A stretch of DNA of 64,000 nt from Histomonas meleagridis 2922-C6/04-290x (GCA_020184695.1 JAANOX010000068.1:124001-188000), one strand, 5' to 3'. Positions 31,659 through 43,213 are shown, numbered from the stretch's first letter. Numbers and translations: made by a program. The notes: generated from the sequence alone by a model not told the origin.

Positions 31659-32324
31659 TTATCTAAAAAAGCGTTTAATAATTAGGAAAACAAGAAACAA
31701 TAATATTAAAACAAAAAAATAGTTATCCTGCTTGTCACGAGAGGCTTTATATTGTTCGTATTCTTCTGTCTGTTTGATATTTTGTTTTTTGAGTCGTTTA
31801 ATCTTCGATTTCAAATGATGTATTTCTTTATCTTTTTCGTCTATCTTCTTTTGTAATTCTACGATTTGCTTTTCATGCAAATTGGTATTTTTAGATTTTT
31901 CTATTGCTTTATCCAAAGTTGATTTAGATTTGATAGTTTTAGAAATTGAATTCATAGCTTCTTCAGCATGAGTTACAAATTTGATTTCAGCAGTAACAGA
32001 TTCTTTTAATTTTTGTTCATTTGACATTATTTGAGTTATTGTAATTGGTTCTGTGTTTGGGAGGATAACCAAATATTTAATTGAAAATGATATTTCTTTG
32101 ATATTAGGATCAAAATCGTCAAGGAAAAAATTTAGATTACGTGAAGAATTTGGTTCCAGCTCTCCACAAGCAGGTGAAATCCCGCAAAATATTTCTGTAT
32201 CAAAAGAAATTCTAAATAAAATTAGGTTAGCACCTTTGTTCTTTATTGTGACATTCCCACGATTGAGGTTTGTACCTAATCTATTTATAAATAAAGGATT
32301 AGGCTTAACCTTTAAAATTTTCAT
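31659..32324 (-). CDS. VAP/Scs2-like protein (MSP domain, coiled coil, C-terminal TM)
   Basis: N-terminal beta-rich MSP-like segment (VTIKN...ILFRI...ISPACGELEPNSS), coiled coil and tail anchor. Confidence 0.6.
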   Translation of the reverse strand: MKILKVKPNPLFINRLGTNLNRGNVTIKNKGANLILFRISFDTEIFCGISPACGELEPNSSRNLNFFLDDFDPNIKEISFSIKYLVILPNTEPITITQIMSNEQKLKESVTAEIKFVTHAEEAMNSISKTIKSKSTLDKAIEKSKNTNLHEKQIVELQKKIDEKDKEIHHLKSKIKRLKKQNIKQTEEYEQYKASRDKQDNYFFVLILLFLVFLIIKRFFR

Positions 32325-32459
32325 TTCTCTTCATTGGGGCACCCTAATAAGACAAATCTTTTTTAAAATGTTGAAACTCAAATTCTGGGTTAAAATCCTT
32401 AAAGTCATGAGGAAATTGAATTATATTTAAAAAATATTTTACTTATAAAACCTATTATT

Positions 32460-33041
32460 TCAAAAGATTTTTGGATGGCGATCCATGTATTCTTTTTTAT
32501 CTCGATGATTAATAACGCATAAAAATACTATCATAACAGCAATAATAAATGTGATAAATTCTGGGCCAATGATTGGATTTCTTGTTCGCTTGAATGAAAG
32601 AATTGGAGCTAAAACAATTCTTTCATTTTCTAATGACATTTTATTTCCTAAAATTAATGCAGAATAAAAGTCATCATAACGATCAATTTCGACAAGTCTA
32701 GCCATTATATCTGATGCAACTATTGTTGTGTTTTTATTATAAATTTCGAGAATTTGATTTTGGATTGCTTTTAATTCTTCAATTGTTTTATTTGTGCTTA
32801 AACAATGATATCCATCATTTGTCATTCCATCTTGGCATCCAACTAGAAACCTCCCTGAGCAAATTCCATTTTCTGGACAATCATAGCATTTCATTCCTGA
32901 TTCCATTGGCTTGCAATAATTATAGCTGATTATATGCAGATCCAAAATGACGTAAAGTATAAATAGAATTAAAAGACCAAAGAAAAAAGAATTTTGCTTG
33001 AGTCCATTTATGTTTGCCTGCAGATTTTTGTTCCTCAGCAT
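32460..33041 (-). CDS. Src1/Man1 (MSC)-like inner nuclear membrane protein
   Basis: TM, Cys-rich luminal segment (CYDCPENGIC...CQDG...C), second TM. Confidence 0.5.
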   Translation of the reverse strand: MLRNKNLQANINGLKQNSFFFGLLILFILYVILDLHIISYNYCKPMESGMKCYDCPENGICSGRFLVGCQDGMTNDGYHCLSTNKTIEELKAIQNQILEIYNKNTTIVASDIMARLVEIDRYDDFYSALILGNKMSLENERIVLAPILSFKRTRNPIIGPEFITFIIAVMIVFLCVINHRDKKEYMDRHPKIF

Positions 33042-33207
33042 TTTTAAACCGTCTTTAAACGTTTTCTATTCATTGACCAAATTCGAAGTCAATTCTAAAC
33101 GATAGGAAACTTTTTCAAGAAGAATCATTTAAGTGAACACTCAGATATTTTCGCAATTCAACAAATAATTTTATAACACAAAGTATCTCATAAAGTAGAA
33201 AAGTATT

Positions 33208-34383
33208 TTATTGTTTTTCCTGCTCTTCTGGTTTTGGAATGCAGATTCTTAATTTTTCTTCACGCCTTTGTGCTTCTTCCAAGATAACCTTTGCCTTATC
33301 TGCTACATCTAAATTCTTGTTAATAAGGTACATTCTATCAATTCTATATCTTGAATCAGATAATAACAATTCATCATCCTTAACTTCAGCAAGTGGACGA
33401 TGAGCCAAGTTCTTTTCAATGTTCCAAACCTCTTCGTTGCCAGCCTTTAGTGAAACAGCAAAATCGCCAGAAAACTTTGAAAGGAATTTACCATTGGCAT
33501 CAAGGACCGAACCGTCAACAACCGTTGGGCCAGCCCATGAAAAGAAACCGGTTTTCGGTTGGACATTGACAGTCAATGTTAATTTATTGACAATGTCTCT
33601 CACCTGCATCGGCCCCTTAACGTTAACGTATCTTTCGCCGCGGATTACTCCTGAAACAGTGATAACTGGAAATTCCCATTCATACTTAGAGCCGTCAGAA
33701 AAGTTAAGGTGGAAAACGCCAGTTTGATAAATGTCAACATAACGAACACCTGAACTAATTGTGAAATTGCAATGGGCATAGCAACTCCAGCTTTTATCTG
33801 GAGTCTCTATTTGGAAATCAGAGATAGGTGGATGGTGGCTTGTTTGTTCACCATAAATGGTTACACCATTTGGCCAACGACCAATATATGTTTCTCCAAG
33901 AATAGGATTCCATGGTTTCTTAGCTTGCATGTAGATATGATAACCTGCAACGACACCAGTAGCTAGAAGTTGAATCTTTTTAACTGGATCATTGCATCCA
34001 ATCATTTTATTAGCATAATCGTCAGCAATGAATGTAAAAATATCAGCAGTTCGTTCAAGGAAAGACCTTGGTTCAGAGTATCCAACGGGGAAACTAAAAT
34101 GAGTAAAGTCCATTGATAAAACAGCCATTGTCAATCTTTTAATGATGGACCAAGAAAGAGCACGTTCAGCACTGAGTTCTTCAGGAGTCATTGGCTTGAT
34201 TCCATATTCGTCTCGGCAATCTTTAGCAAGATGGCGTTCATGTTCATAGTCAACATCAGTATGTGGAAGCTCAGTGAGTGGAAATCCAGTATAAGAAGTA
34301 TTGTATATATCTTTGTCCTCAACTTTTCCCATAACAATGGCATCTTCACGGACAGGTGCGTTTCCTCTTGTGGTAATGGACAT
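33208..34383 (-). CDS. Oxysterol-binding protein-related (ORD only)
   Basis: KKPWNPILGET and EQTSHHPPIS signature motifs; ATG 34383. Confidence 0.92.
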   Translation of the reverse strand: MSITTRGNAPVREDAIVMGKVEDKDIYNTSYTGFPLTELPHTDVDYEHERHLAKDCRDEYGIKPMTPEELSAERALSWSIIKRLTMAVLSMDFTHFSFPVGYSEPRSFLERTADIFTFIADDYANKMIGCNDPVKKIQLLATGVVAGYHIYMQAKKPWNPILGETYIGRWPNGVTIYGEQTSHHPPISDFQIETPDKSWSCYAHCNFTISSGVRYVDIYQTGVFHLNFSDGSKYEWEFPVITVSGVIRGERYVNVKGPMQVRDIVNKLTLTVNVQPKTGFFSWAGPTVVDGSVLDANGKFLSKFSGDFAVSLKAGNEEVWNIEKNLAHRPLAEVKDDELLLSDSRYRIDRMYLINKNLDVADKAKVILEEAQRREEKLRICIPKPEEQEKQ

Positions 34384-35175
34384 TGTTAACAAATGGTTTG
34401 GGTTGTAATCAAAAATTGGATTCTGTCATTAACTGTTTCTTAAAATGAGTCAATTTCAATCGAAATGTTTATTTCTGAACCAAATTGTAAAAATTACGCG
34501 GTTTGGAGTAATGGGGTTTTTTAAGTAAACCAATCAAAATGGAAAAATGCATTTCAAAAATTCTGTCGTTTGATCGGCAGATAACCACAAAGACAGATAA
34601 TAAAGCATTGGGTTAAATCGATTCTAAATTATTCAGAGAGCTAAAAAACAAAATTACTGAAGAAAATTCATGGGATATAAGATAAAAACTTATGAAATGA
34701 AATCTTAAACTTAAATTTGAAATAAATTAAACTCAATATTTTTATAACTATTTTTTTTATCTTCACTTGTATTATTTACTATGGATGATTTGAAATAATA
34801 TACAAGAGTACATCTTTCAATCAATTATTTTTTTAAAAAATGATCATAATACTATTATATCGATTATCTTTGTACTAAATTAAATATAACAAAAAAAGGC
34901 ATTCTAATTTTTAATTTTTATAGCTTAATTTTCGCTTTTTTTTTTATACCAAAACATTTTTTCCTATACATTAATTTTTATGGAACCAAAAAATATGTGG
35001 GAAAGTAGATTTATTAACATTCTTTCATTGAAATCAAAAGCTTGTGAAAGCTTTGCCTTTACTGCAAACACACTTTTCTTTATTTTACAATAAAACAAAT
35101 TTGTTCCAGTATGTTATATTCGAAATCATTTGTTGTTTTCAATGAAAAATCAAAAAAATGTTTCTTCAAAAAAAC

Positions 35176-36925
35176 TTAAAAAACCTTTTCAATGATTAAA
35201 TTACTATATTTCGAAAGAACATCAACACAGTGTTTATGTGAACCAGCAACAGCAAATTTATAAGGTGTCCAAAAAGTATTGGTTAAATTCCATTTTTCGT
35301 TTTAGCATTAATATTTTCAGAACAATTTTCAAGTAACAAATCCAAAATTTTCCAATGACCGAATTGTGCAGCAAAATGAATTGGATATCTCCAAAATCAA
35401 CCAAACAAACGCCAAAAAAACAAAATAAATCAAATCCAATAATAAAAGATCACATTTTCCTTCACTAATAAGAATTTTTGCCGCTTCGAAACTACCATGT
35501 TTAGCAGCATAATGAAGAGCAGTTCTATTAAAAAATAATAAAAACCATTCCACAGTAAATATAAAACGAAAATCTTTAGCATTTATATCTATCCTTTGGT
35601 CATTAATTAAAAGAGGCATAACATCAAAAGAATTATAAGCAGCTGCAATTTGTAAAGGAGTCAAAAAAACCAAAAAGAAATACCATCAAATGAATAAAAC
35701 AAATAATATCATTAGAATTTATATCAATTTTATCATTTTTTAATAATATTTTTGTAGTATATTCATTGTTATACTTACAAGAAACATGAAGTAAATTAAT
35801 ATCTTCGATTTTATTAATACAAAAATCGAAGATATTATAATTGAAACTCTGAATGCTTTGGGTTAAAACATTTCCATATCCCCAAGTAGTTTCCGTTAAT
35901 GATTGATTTTTAGAAGTATATAACCAATCGAATAAATCAAAGTTATGATAACGAGTAGCGAATTGTAATGATCCTGAAAAATTATAATTATTATTCTCTA
36001 AAATATGTATTATTTCAAGATTACCACCAGCTATAGCAAATTGAATAACTGACGTGTCATTATCATCTAAAACTTTTAAATCTGCATTTTCAAGAAAAAG
36101 ATATTTAAAACATTTTACAGAGCCAAAAAATGAAGAAAATTGTATCAGCGTTGGATGATTTTGTAATAATGGATATGACGAAAATGGTGACTGTTGAATT
36201 CTTGAATTAATATCTATTACACGATCTGTAATTAAAGCTTGAAGTTCATCAACTTGATCATTTATAATAAACTTTTCAATAGAATCGGAATAAAATTTTA
36301 TTTCGCGAGATGATTTAAACAATTCCCAATTATTACTCTTAAGACTATCTAACTTCAGGGAATAATCTCGTAAAACTGTAGCACATGAAACACTTCTTGA
36401 AAATGTCTTAAATTCATTTTCTATTTCATCATACAATGATTGATCATAATCAAAAAGTTCCGGTGAAAAATATATATAAAAAAGATAAAGGTAATTATGA
36501 AATGCTGAATCATTATTAGCTCGAAATGAAAGAAATGATTGAATAATCTCAGTGAATTTAAAAAATGACTTGTTAAGAAGATCATATAAGAAAGAAAAAT
36601 AAAATGTTTGTCGATTAGTTTCTTGATCATTTGGAAAAATCTCGAAAATAAATTTCAAAATTTGATTTTTTAGTTGATAGATGGCTTCTGGTTGAAGAAG
36701 TTTTTGAATAAAACATAACATATCTGAAATTAACCCAAAATTTTTTGGATTGTATTCTAAGGCAATAAATAATTCTTTTGAAAATAAATATCTTAGTGTT
36801 AATTGAGTAAAATCTATGCTTTTTAGGAACTCTTCATTAACTTGATATATGTTGTCTGGCGTTAAGCTGAAAAATAAATTGTGAATTTGCTTTTTGGTAT
36901 CATCCATTTGAACAGCCAATGTCAT
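35176..36925 (-). CDS. DUF3447-type ankyrin protein with four interrupted repeat junctions
   Basis: ORF 35633-36955 (TLIQFSSFFGSVKCFKYL, FAIAGGNLEIIH). Interruptions at 35662-35707 (46 nt), 35524-35571 (48), 35388-35433 (46) and a single 17-mer at 35272-35288. The reconstructed frame ends at TAA 35176-35178. Confidence 0.8.
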
Positions 36926-37067
36926 ATCACATTTCCCGAAACAGTCACTTTTCAATAAGTATTGCCAGAAAAATTGTATACATTCAAATTTTCTGAAATT
37001 TTAACTATTTTACAAAAAAAGACTATCGTTGCTTTCAACGAATTACTTCGAAACTGCTTAACATAAT

Positions 37068-38282
37068 ATGATCCAAACAAGACCTATTGCAAACAGTGAA
37101 ATTTGGTACTTGATGTGCAAGTGTATGGTTCAAACAAGTATTGAAATTGATAAACCATCCAGCACACCAGAAATTGTTGATAAACTAAAGAATCGTGTTA
37201 TTGGACTTAAACTCAGGCAAGAAGGAAACAATCTTGTTTTTCAAGAGTCCTCCGTCAAAGTTCATGAGCTACCTAAAGGAATCTCAACAGCCAAAGAAGC
37301 ATCTGATTATTCCCGTGATCATTTCATGCCAGAACTTACTGATTCACTAGGTACTATATCAGCCAATGATAAATTTATTACACTTAACCTTAATCATATT
37401 TGCTCTGATGGTGGTTATATTCGAAATTTGCTATCAGCTCTTGACAAAAGTTCAAGCGAACTCCCCGAATTTGGCCACTTTCCACTCCCACTTGAATATT
37501 TTTATTCTAATCGCATTGCTGATGCACCAGCTAATACAGCTCGAGTTTATAATGACACGACCATGACACGTGCTCTTACTACCCAACGTTCAGACAAACT
37601 TAAAAATGCATTTACACGTGAGCGTGTCTTTTTTATTCCCTCTCATGAACTTCAATGTTATTCATCAAATACGCAAACACTTCATGGGTTAACAGAATCA
37701 CTTTTGACATCATATGGGATTGCTGCGATGACTATTAACTCGAAACTTTCTGATTTTGGGTGTTCCACATGTGTCAATATGCGACATTTAATATCCGATA
37801 GCGCACGCCTTGACATATGTAATCATTACTCTGCGGTAACAGTCAAAGCCAAAACGCATGAAAACTCCACACTCGAAAGTATTGGCAATGAGTTAAGGCG
37901 AAGTTTAAACAATGAAATAGCCAACGGCGGATTGTTTGCGTTTATGAAGGCTTGCGAAGAGGATGCGCCACTGATCAAATTGCCCGGCGTCGGATTGCAA
38001 ATGACAAGCGTCGGAATGCTGAATTTGAAGAAACCTATTGTGGATTGTTACATTGGAATGCAAATGAACTCGGAGTTCTCCGAGGATACAATTCCTTTGA
38101 TGATTAGTTCTGTGATAACTGAGGATAAAAATGTTTTGGCTTTGAGATTAATGTATGGGCCGAATAAGGTAAGCGAAAAAGAAGCTTCAATAATTGCAAA
38201 AAGAATCGAATACTTGCTGAAAAATGTTCCAAATAAAGCAAATGTAAACGAGGCACTAAATGCTGCATCGAAAATTATATGA
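37068..38282 (+). CDS. CoA-dependent acyltransferase / condensation-like fold protein
   Basis: LNLNHICSDGGY fits the HxxxDG motif; ~400-aa size is consistent. Confidence 0.55.
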   Translation: MIQTRPIANSEIWYLMCKCMVQTSIEIDKPSSTPEIVDKLKNRVIGLKLRQEGNNLVFQESSVKVHELPKGISTAKEASDYSRDHFMPELTDSLGTISANDKFITLNLNHICSDGGYIRNLLSALDKSSSELPEFGHFPLPLEYFYSNRIADAPANTARVYNDTTMTRALTTQRSDKLKNAFTRERVFFIPSHELQCYSSNTQTLHGLTESLLTSYGIAAMTINSKLSDFGCSTCVNMRHLISDSARLDICNHYSAVTVKAKTHENSTLESIGNELRRSLNNEIANGGLFAFMKACEEDAPLIKLPGVGLQMTSVGMLNLKKPIVDCYIGMQMNSEFSEDTIPLMISSVITEDKNVLALRLMYGPNKVSEKEASIIAKRIEYLLKNVPNKANVNEALNAASKII

Positions 38283-38416
38283 ATAAAATATTAATATTAT
38301 AAATATGGCTTGTTTCGAAATCAAATTGAACAATACAATGTTTTTAATAAATGGAAAAATTTTTGTGAACGTTAAAGAATTCGTTATTTTGTAGAGGACG
38401 TTAAAATAATGAAAAA

Positions 38417-39280
38417 ATGAGTGATAACGAAGAAGAAGAGGAATTAAAAATAATAACACCCGATGATATAATAAAGTCATGCAAGAAAAATAATTTATAT
38501 ACAATTCCTGAGCTTAATGAAGTTTTATATCTTCATTATGGAGGTTACCAAAAAATTACAAATCTTGATCCATATGTAAATGTAACATCTCTATGGCTTA
38601 ACAATAACTCAATATATAAAATTGAAGGAATATCTATGTTAAAAAATTTGGTTTGCTTATACTTAAATGGAAACATGATCGAAAAAATAGAAGGATTGGA
38701 TGAATTAACAAATCTATCCACCTTATGTTTGTCATATAATTTTATTTCCAAAATTGAAAATCTCTCAAATTTAATAAATTTACATACACTTGAATTAGAT
38801 CATAATCGAATCTCTGATCCATCTTCTTTAGCAGGTATCCATGATGTCCCTTCACTAGGTGTTTTAAATATTTCATGTAACAAAATAGAATCAGAACAAT
38901 TTCTTGATGTGATATCTTCACATAAATCATTAAATCTTCTTAAAATGGATGGAAATCCAATTACTCGAACAATGCGTCAGTACAGAAGAAGAATAATTTC
39001 TTCGATGCCAAATTTGAATTATCTCGATGAAGCACCTGTCACAGAAAAAGAGCGTAGATGTGCAGCTGCATATATGAATGGTGGTAAAAATGCAGAAGAA
39101 GCTGAAAGGCAAAAAATTAGAGATGAAATTGAAAATGCAAAAATATTAAACAGACAAAAATTAAAGAGAATCAACAGGCAAGCTGCAATTGATGCAGGCC
39201 TTGATATTTCTAATGATACTTACTTAATGTCAACATCTGACTATGAGGAAGACAAAAATGATATCACAGATATTGACTAA
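38417..39280 (+). CDS. DNAAF1: Dynein axonemal assembly factor 1-like LRR protein (ODA7/LRRC50)
   Basis: LYTIPELNEVLYLHYGGYQKITNL...LWLNNNSIYKIEG, SDS22-type LRRs, LRR cap YRRRIISSMPNLNYLD, ERRCAAAY. Confidence 0.8.
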   Translation: MSDNEEEEELKIITPDDIIKSCKKNNLYTIPELNEVLYLHYGGYQKITNLDPYVNVTSLWLNNNSIYKIEGISMLKNLVCLYLNGNMIEKIEGLDELTNLSTLCLSYNFISKIENLSNLINLHTLELDHNRISDPSSLAGIHDVPSLGVLNISCNKIESEQFLDVISSHKSLNLLKMDGNPITRTMRQYRRRIISSMPNLNYLDEAPVTEKERRCAAAYMNGGKNAEEAERQKIRDEIENAKILNRQKLKRINRQAAIDAGLDISNDTYLMSTSDYEEDKNDITDID

Positions 39281-39637
39281 AAATTATTATTATTTCTAGC
39301 AAAATTGTACATGAAAGCTAGCATTTCATAAATCTTTATATGTGTAAGTTTATTTAGGAAATGGACAGAAAAAAATAAAATACTTTTAGACATCATTTGC
39401 ATATCCAAAAAAATAAGTTAGAGGCAAACTGATCATTCTTATTTTCTTTGAAAAATTTTTAATTCGTTCATAGTACCACATAAAATCAGTAATAAGAATT
39501 CATGAATTTAGCTAAATTCATATTTTTGTTATCTCCATGGCTTGGAGCAAACAAAGCATGTGAAAAAGTCACCTTTTTTGCACGTTAGGAGGCCGTTAGT
39601 TTTAGTGCCGGGCTAGTTTAAAAGTGGCAATATTTGT

Positions 39638-40639
39638 ATGTGGAATCCAAGGAATCCAGATAGCCAAGTCTTCAAGGCTATGACAAAAGAAGCAATCAAA
39701 AAAATGCAAGCTACTTTCTATAATAATTACCTTAAAGTACAAACTGATGATTATTACTATAGCTCTTATCTCGCTAAGAAATCGTCAATGAAACAAACAT
39801 TTACAGCAATAAAGGAAAAAAGCATAAAGGCAGTATTTTCTTATCCTGGTTATGAAGAACCTGCTTTAGGTACTGTTAAACTTCGTCATTCATCAACGTC
39901 TCAACCTCTTGTTAGTAATGACAGCGAACTTAACTTTTGTCTTCCTTTCGAAAAGAATGAAATGGCTCTTGAAGAATTATGGAATTATTTACTTGAGTTG
40001 GAAGATAAAATTCGTCAAGAGCAACCACAAGCCAAAATCAATCTTTTAGTCAGATTTATTGCTCACAGTCTCCAATTCAACACCTCTGATGATGCTATGG
40101 ACAAAGTTAAACCAAATGTTCATCAAAAATTTGCATTCTTCTTAAATGATCCAAAAGGCCAACGATTCATGACCAGGTTCTTAAACATTATGCCACAGTC
40201 CTTCTTTAAGCGCTTCTACTTTACATCTTTCATTGTATTTACTGATATCAAAATTGATCCTCAATCACAATTTGCCATTGCGTTTGCCAAAGGATTAATG
40301 TCCTTTGTCAATAGTGGCGTTAAACCGAAGTGGATTGTGTCTTTTATTCATCATTCTGTTTCTAGCGGATTTGCATTTATCGCTGGAAATCGATTTCAGT
40401 CAGCTTGTCTAGCGATCCTTTTGACAGCTGCGGATGCACTCATCCCAAAGGTGGACACAGAAGACGTCAAAATGTTAAAAGATTCTGTTTCCGAATTAGC
40501 AGATGTAATGGCAAAAGAACTTGGACATGCAATCAGAACAAACTATGACGACGTCTTCATGAACGCTATCTTTAGACATGTTTTGGCAATAGCACCAGAA
40601 TCAAAGCTCCAGGCACTGATCATGGCAACTTCAGTGTAA
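39638..40639 (+). CDS. Hypothetical protein, possibly Pat1-like
   Basis: 333-aa ATG ORF. MTKEAIKKMQ...TDDYYYSSY resembles the Pat1 middle motif, followed by a helical C-terminus (weak). Confidence 0.55.
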   Translation: MWNPRNPDSQVFKAMTKEAIKKMQATFYNNYLKVQTDDYYYSSYLAKKSSMKQTFTAIKEKSIKAVFSYPGYEEPALGTVKLRHSSTSQPLVSNDSELNFCLPFEKNEMALEELWNYLLELEDKIRQEQPQAKINLLVRFIAHSLQFNTSDDAMDKVKPNVHQKFAFFLNDPKGQRFMTRFLNIMPQSFFKRFYFTSFIVFTDIKIDPQSQFAIAFAKGLMSFVNSGVKPKWIVSFIHHSVSSGFAFIAGNRFQSACLAILLTAADALIPKVDTEDVKMLKDSVSELADVMAKELGHAIRTNYDDVFMNAIFRHVLAIAPESKLQALIMATSV

Positions 40640-41165
40640 ACATTATATATAATTTTTTGCTGTTTGATACTTTTGTGAAATGTTATTTTTGGTTTTAGAG
40701 TCTTTTTTATCTATGAGTTTGATCTCATGCAGAGAATTTATTTTGATTTCATTACCTATCGTTCCTGTATTGTCAAAAAAGTGACTTCAGCGGTTATCAA
40801 AAAATTTGAGACAAGTCTGTTCGTCAGACCGAAATATTTCTGAGGGAAAATTGGATGATGTGCACAATTAACCTTCAAGATTGTCATCCACTCTGCTGTA
40901 GCCCCCTTATTCTTGTACCTGGAATTCTCAATAATGTTTGGTGTGGTTTGACAGGGATGTTGTGTAAAGTCTGGCTTCCAAGTGGAAAATTTGAATAAAA
41001 ACTTTTTTTTGAATATGTCATTAAAAAATTCTATGAAACCGTGAATAAACTTTCAGGTATTTTTTTTGTTGATGCAAACACAAGATAACAATTATGATGT
41101 TCTAAAAAAAAGAAGGGGAAAACTATATTTGTGAATCTTCTTCTTTAAAATTTCTTATATCATTT

Positions 41166-41460
41166 CAAGATATTATACTTAATTTAACAGAAGAAAACAT
41201 CGAATCGGTCAATCAACAATCAATGGACTTGTTTGATTCAAATTATCCATATACATTTAATTCCATTTTATGTAATTTAGTTTACAATTCATTTTGTTCC
41301 CAAAAGAAATAGTTTTCTACAACAACTTATTTCAAATATTTGAAAACAATTCAAACAAAAAAAAAAGAAATAAACAGAAAATTCCCAAATATCATTGAAG
41401 ATTTTAAGCAATATATACATAAAATATATCATGATGATTATTCTGTTAAAAATTAATGAA
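41166..41460 (+). pseudogene. DUF3447-ankyrin N-terminal remnant
   Basis: QDIILNLTEENIESV...DLFDSNYPYTFNSILCNLVY resembles the N-termini at 4563 and 13010; interrupted by stops. Confidence 0.6.
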
Positions 41461-42204
41461 AATATTTTTGATTCATTTGGTAAAACAATTCAAATATGAA
41501 CAATTCAAGGAAAGAACACAATGAAAATGTTAATGGGCATGATATCACGAGAATTTAAAAATACAAAAGCTTCATATAAAAGTAAACGAAGAGAATAAAG
41601 CTAAATAGGAAAGCTTAGTTAAACTTTTCAAATTAAAAGATTTTTTTTTTATTTTGATGATGATGATATGTTATTTACTTTTTGATTTTGTTAATTACGA
41701 AATCCTTCTGATGTTTCTATAATGTGCAAATTTCCCATTGTATTAAGTTGATTTATATAAGGAAAAGCTTATACATTTTGATACTTTGATGTAAGATATT
41801 GTTACTAATATGTGGTTTAACTGATTCTCATTGCATGATACCATGATGTTTCTTGTTTTCGACATTTTGTATTTAATAAATGACCTTTGTTAAAGAATAT
41901 TTTAAAAAGTTCCATTATTAATTTTAATTATTATATAATATAATAATTATCCTATTATTTTTATACTAAAAACATTGTTTATTGATAAAGAGGTTCTGCA
42001 TTACTTGATGTATCAATGAACAAAATTATTATATTCGAAATTGAACCTCAAATTGAAACTACTAATTTACAAAGAATAATAACAAGGTTAGGAACTTCTA
42101 AATGTGGTGACAAATAAGAAATTTGACCATTTTTCTTTGTTCAATAAAGTTAAAATAAATTTTTTGAATGATACGATAGGGCCGCACTTTTTAGTCATCT
42201 TTGG

Positions 42205-43014
42205 ATGGAAATAAGCAGCGAACTGCTGGTTCTGATCTATCTTATTATTGGATTTTACGTGATAATGTTTGTTCTAAGGTTTCTTTCAAATTTCTTCACA
42301 AGTACATTTGGTCGTATGTATTTATCAAAGTATGAAAACACTTACGTTGTTCGAAACAACAATAAGATTCCTATCATCCACACAAAACCTGAAAGTGGTG
42401 TTTATCTTTCCGTTATTTATCAACTTACAAAGTCTCTTGACGTTTCAATTGAGCAGATCAAAATCATGAAACAACTTCTAGATGAAAAATTAGACGAAAA
42501 CAGCTATGAAATCATTTGTTCCTATCCTAATTCCACAGAAAAATATACGAGCCAACTTCCTGAGATACGAAAAACATTTAAAATTTTCCCTTATCAATCT
42601 GAAAATAGCTCTTTACTTGGAAAGCTTGTAGAAGGTACTATCAGAGCTCGTGGAAAATATGTTATCGACGCTCATGCCATTATATACGAATTAGATAAAA
42701 TTCCTAAAGACGGTAGTTACTTCAGTGTAATTTCACCAAAGCTTGACAACCCTCCTGTCTTTTACAAACCGAACAACATACTTATTCCTGTATGTGGATC
42801 TAAGGAAGAATTGATGCAAATATTCCTTAAATTGCACAATATAAACATTTCCTACGGCGCTGGAACTGAGATCAGTTATATCTGCAAAAAACATAAGATT
42901 CAAATGGACATATCCAAACATATATATGGTCCATCAGCACTTTCATTTTGGAGATCATTCTTTAATAATATCTACAGTGTGATTGTTTCACTTTTGTGTC
43001 ACTTCTACAACTGA
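42205..43014 (+). CDS. GT2/ALG5-like protein with degenerate active-site motifs
   Basis: N-terminal TM, LSVIY, YEII, EGTIRARGKYVI and GTEISYIC follow ALG5/DPM1 order; DDGS and DxD are absent. Confidence 0.5.
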   Translation: MEISSELLVLIYLIIGFYVIMFVLRFLSNFFTSTFGRMYLSKYENTYVVRNNNKIPIIHTKPESGVYLSVIYQLTKSLDVSIEQIKIMKQLLDEKLDENSYEIICSYPNSTEKYTSQLPEIRKTFKIFPYQSENSSLLGKLVEGTIRARGKYVIDAHAIIYELDKIPKDGSYFSVISPKLDNPPVFYKPNNILIPVCGSKEELMQIFLKLHNINISYGAGTEISYICKKHKIQMDISKHIYGPSALSFWRSFFNNIYSVIVSLLCHFYN

Positions 43015-43213
43015 GTCTCATTGTTTGCTAAAATAAAAGTTAACATTTTCTTCAAAATTTCCATTTTGTCGACCGTTTAAACATTAACGTTCTCTCTTTA
43101 GTTAATTTGTACAAATTAACATTTTTAAAGACTCGATGAACATTCGATGTATTGTGCATTCCAAATTAAAAATAAGAAACGTTTTTACCGATTTTTTTAT
43201 TTATTCAAAAGAA

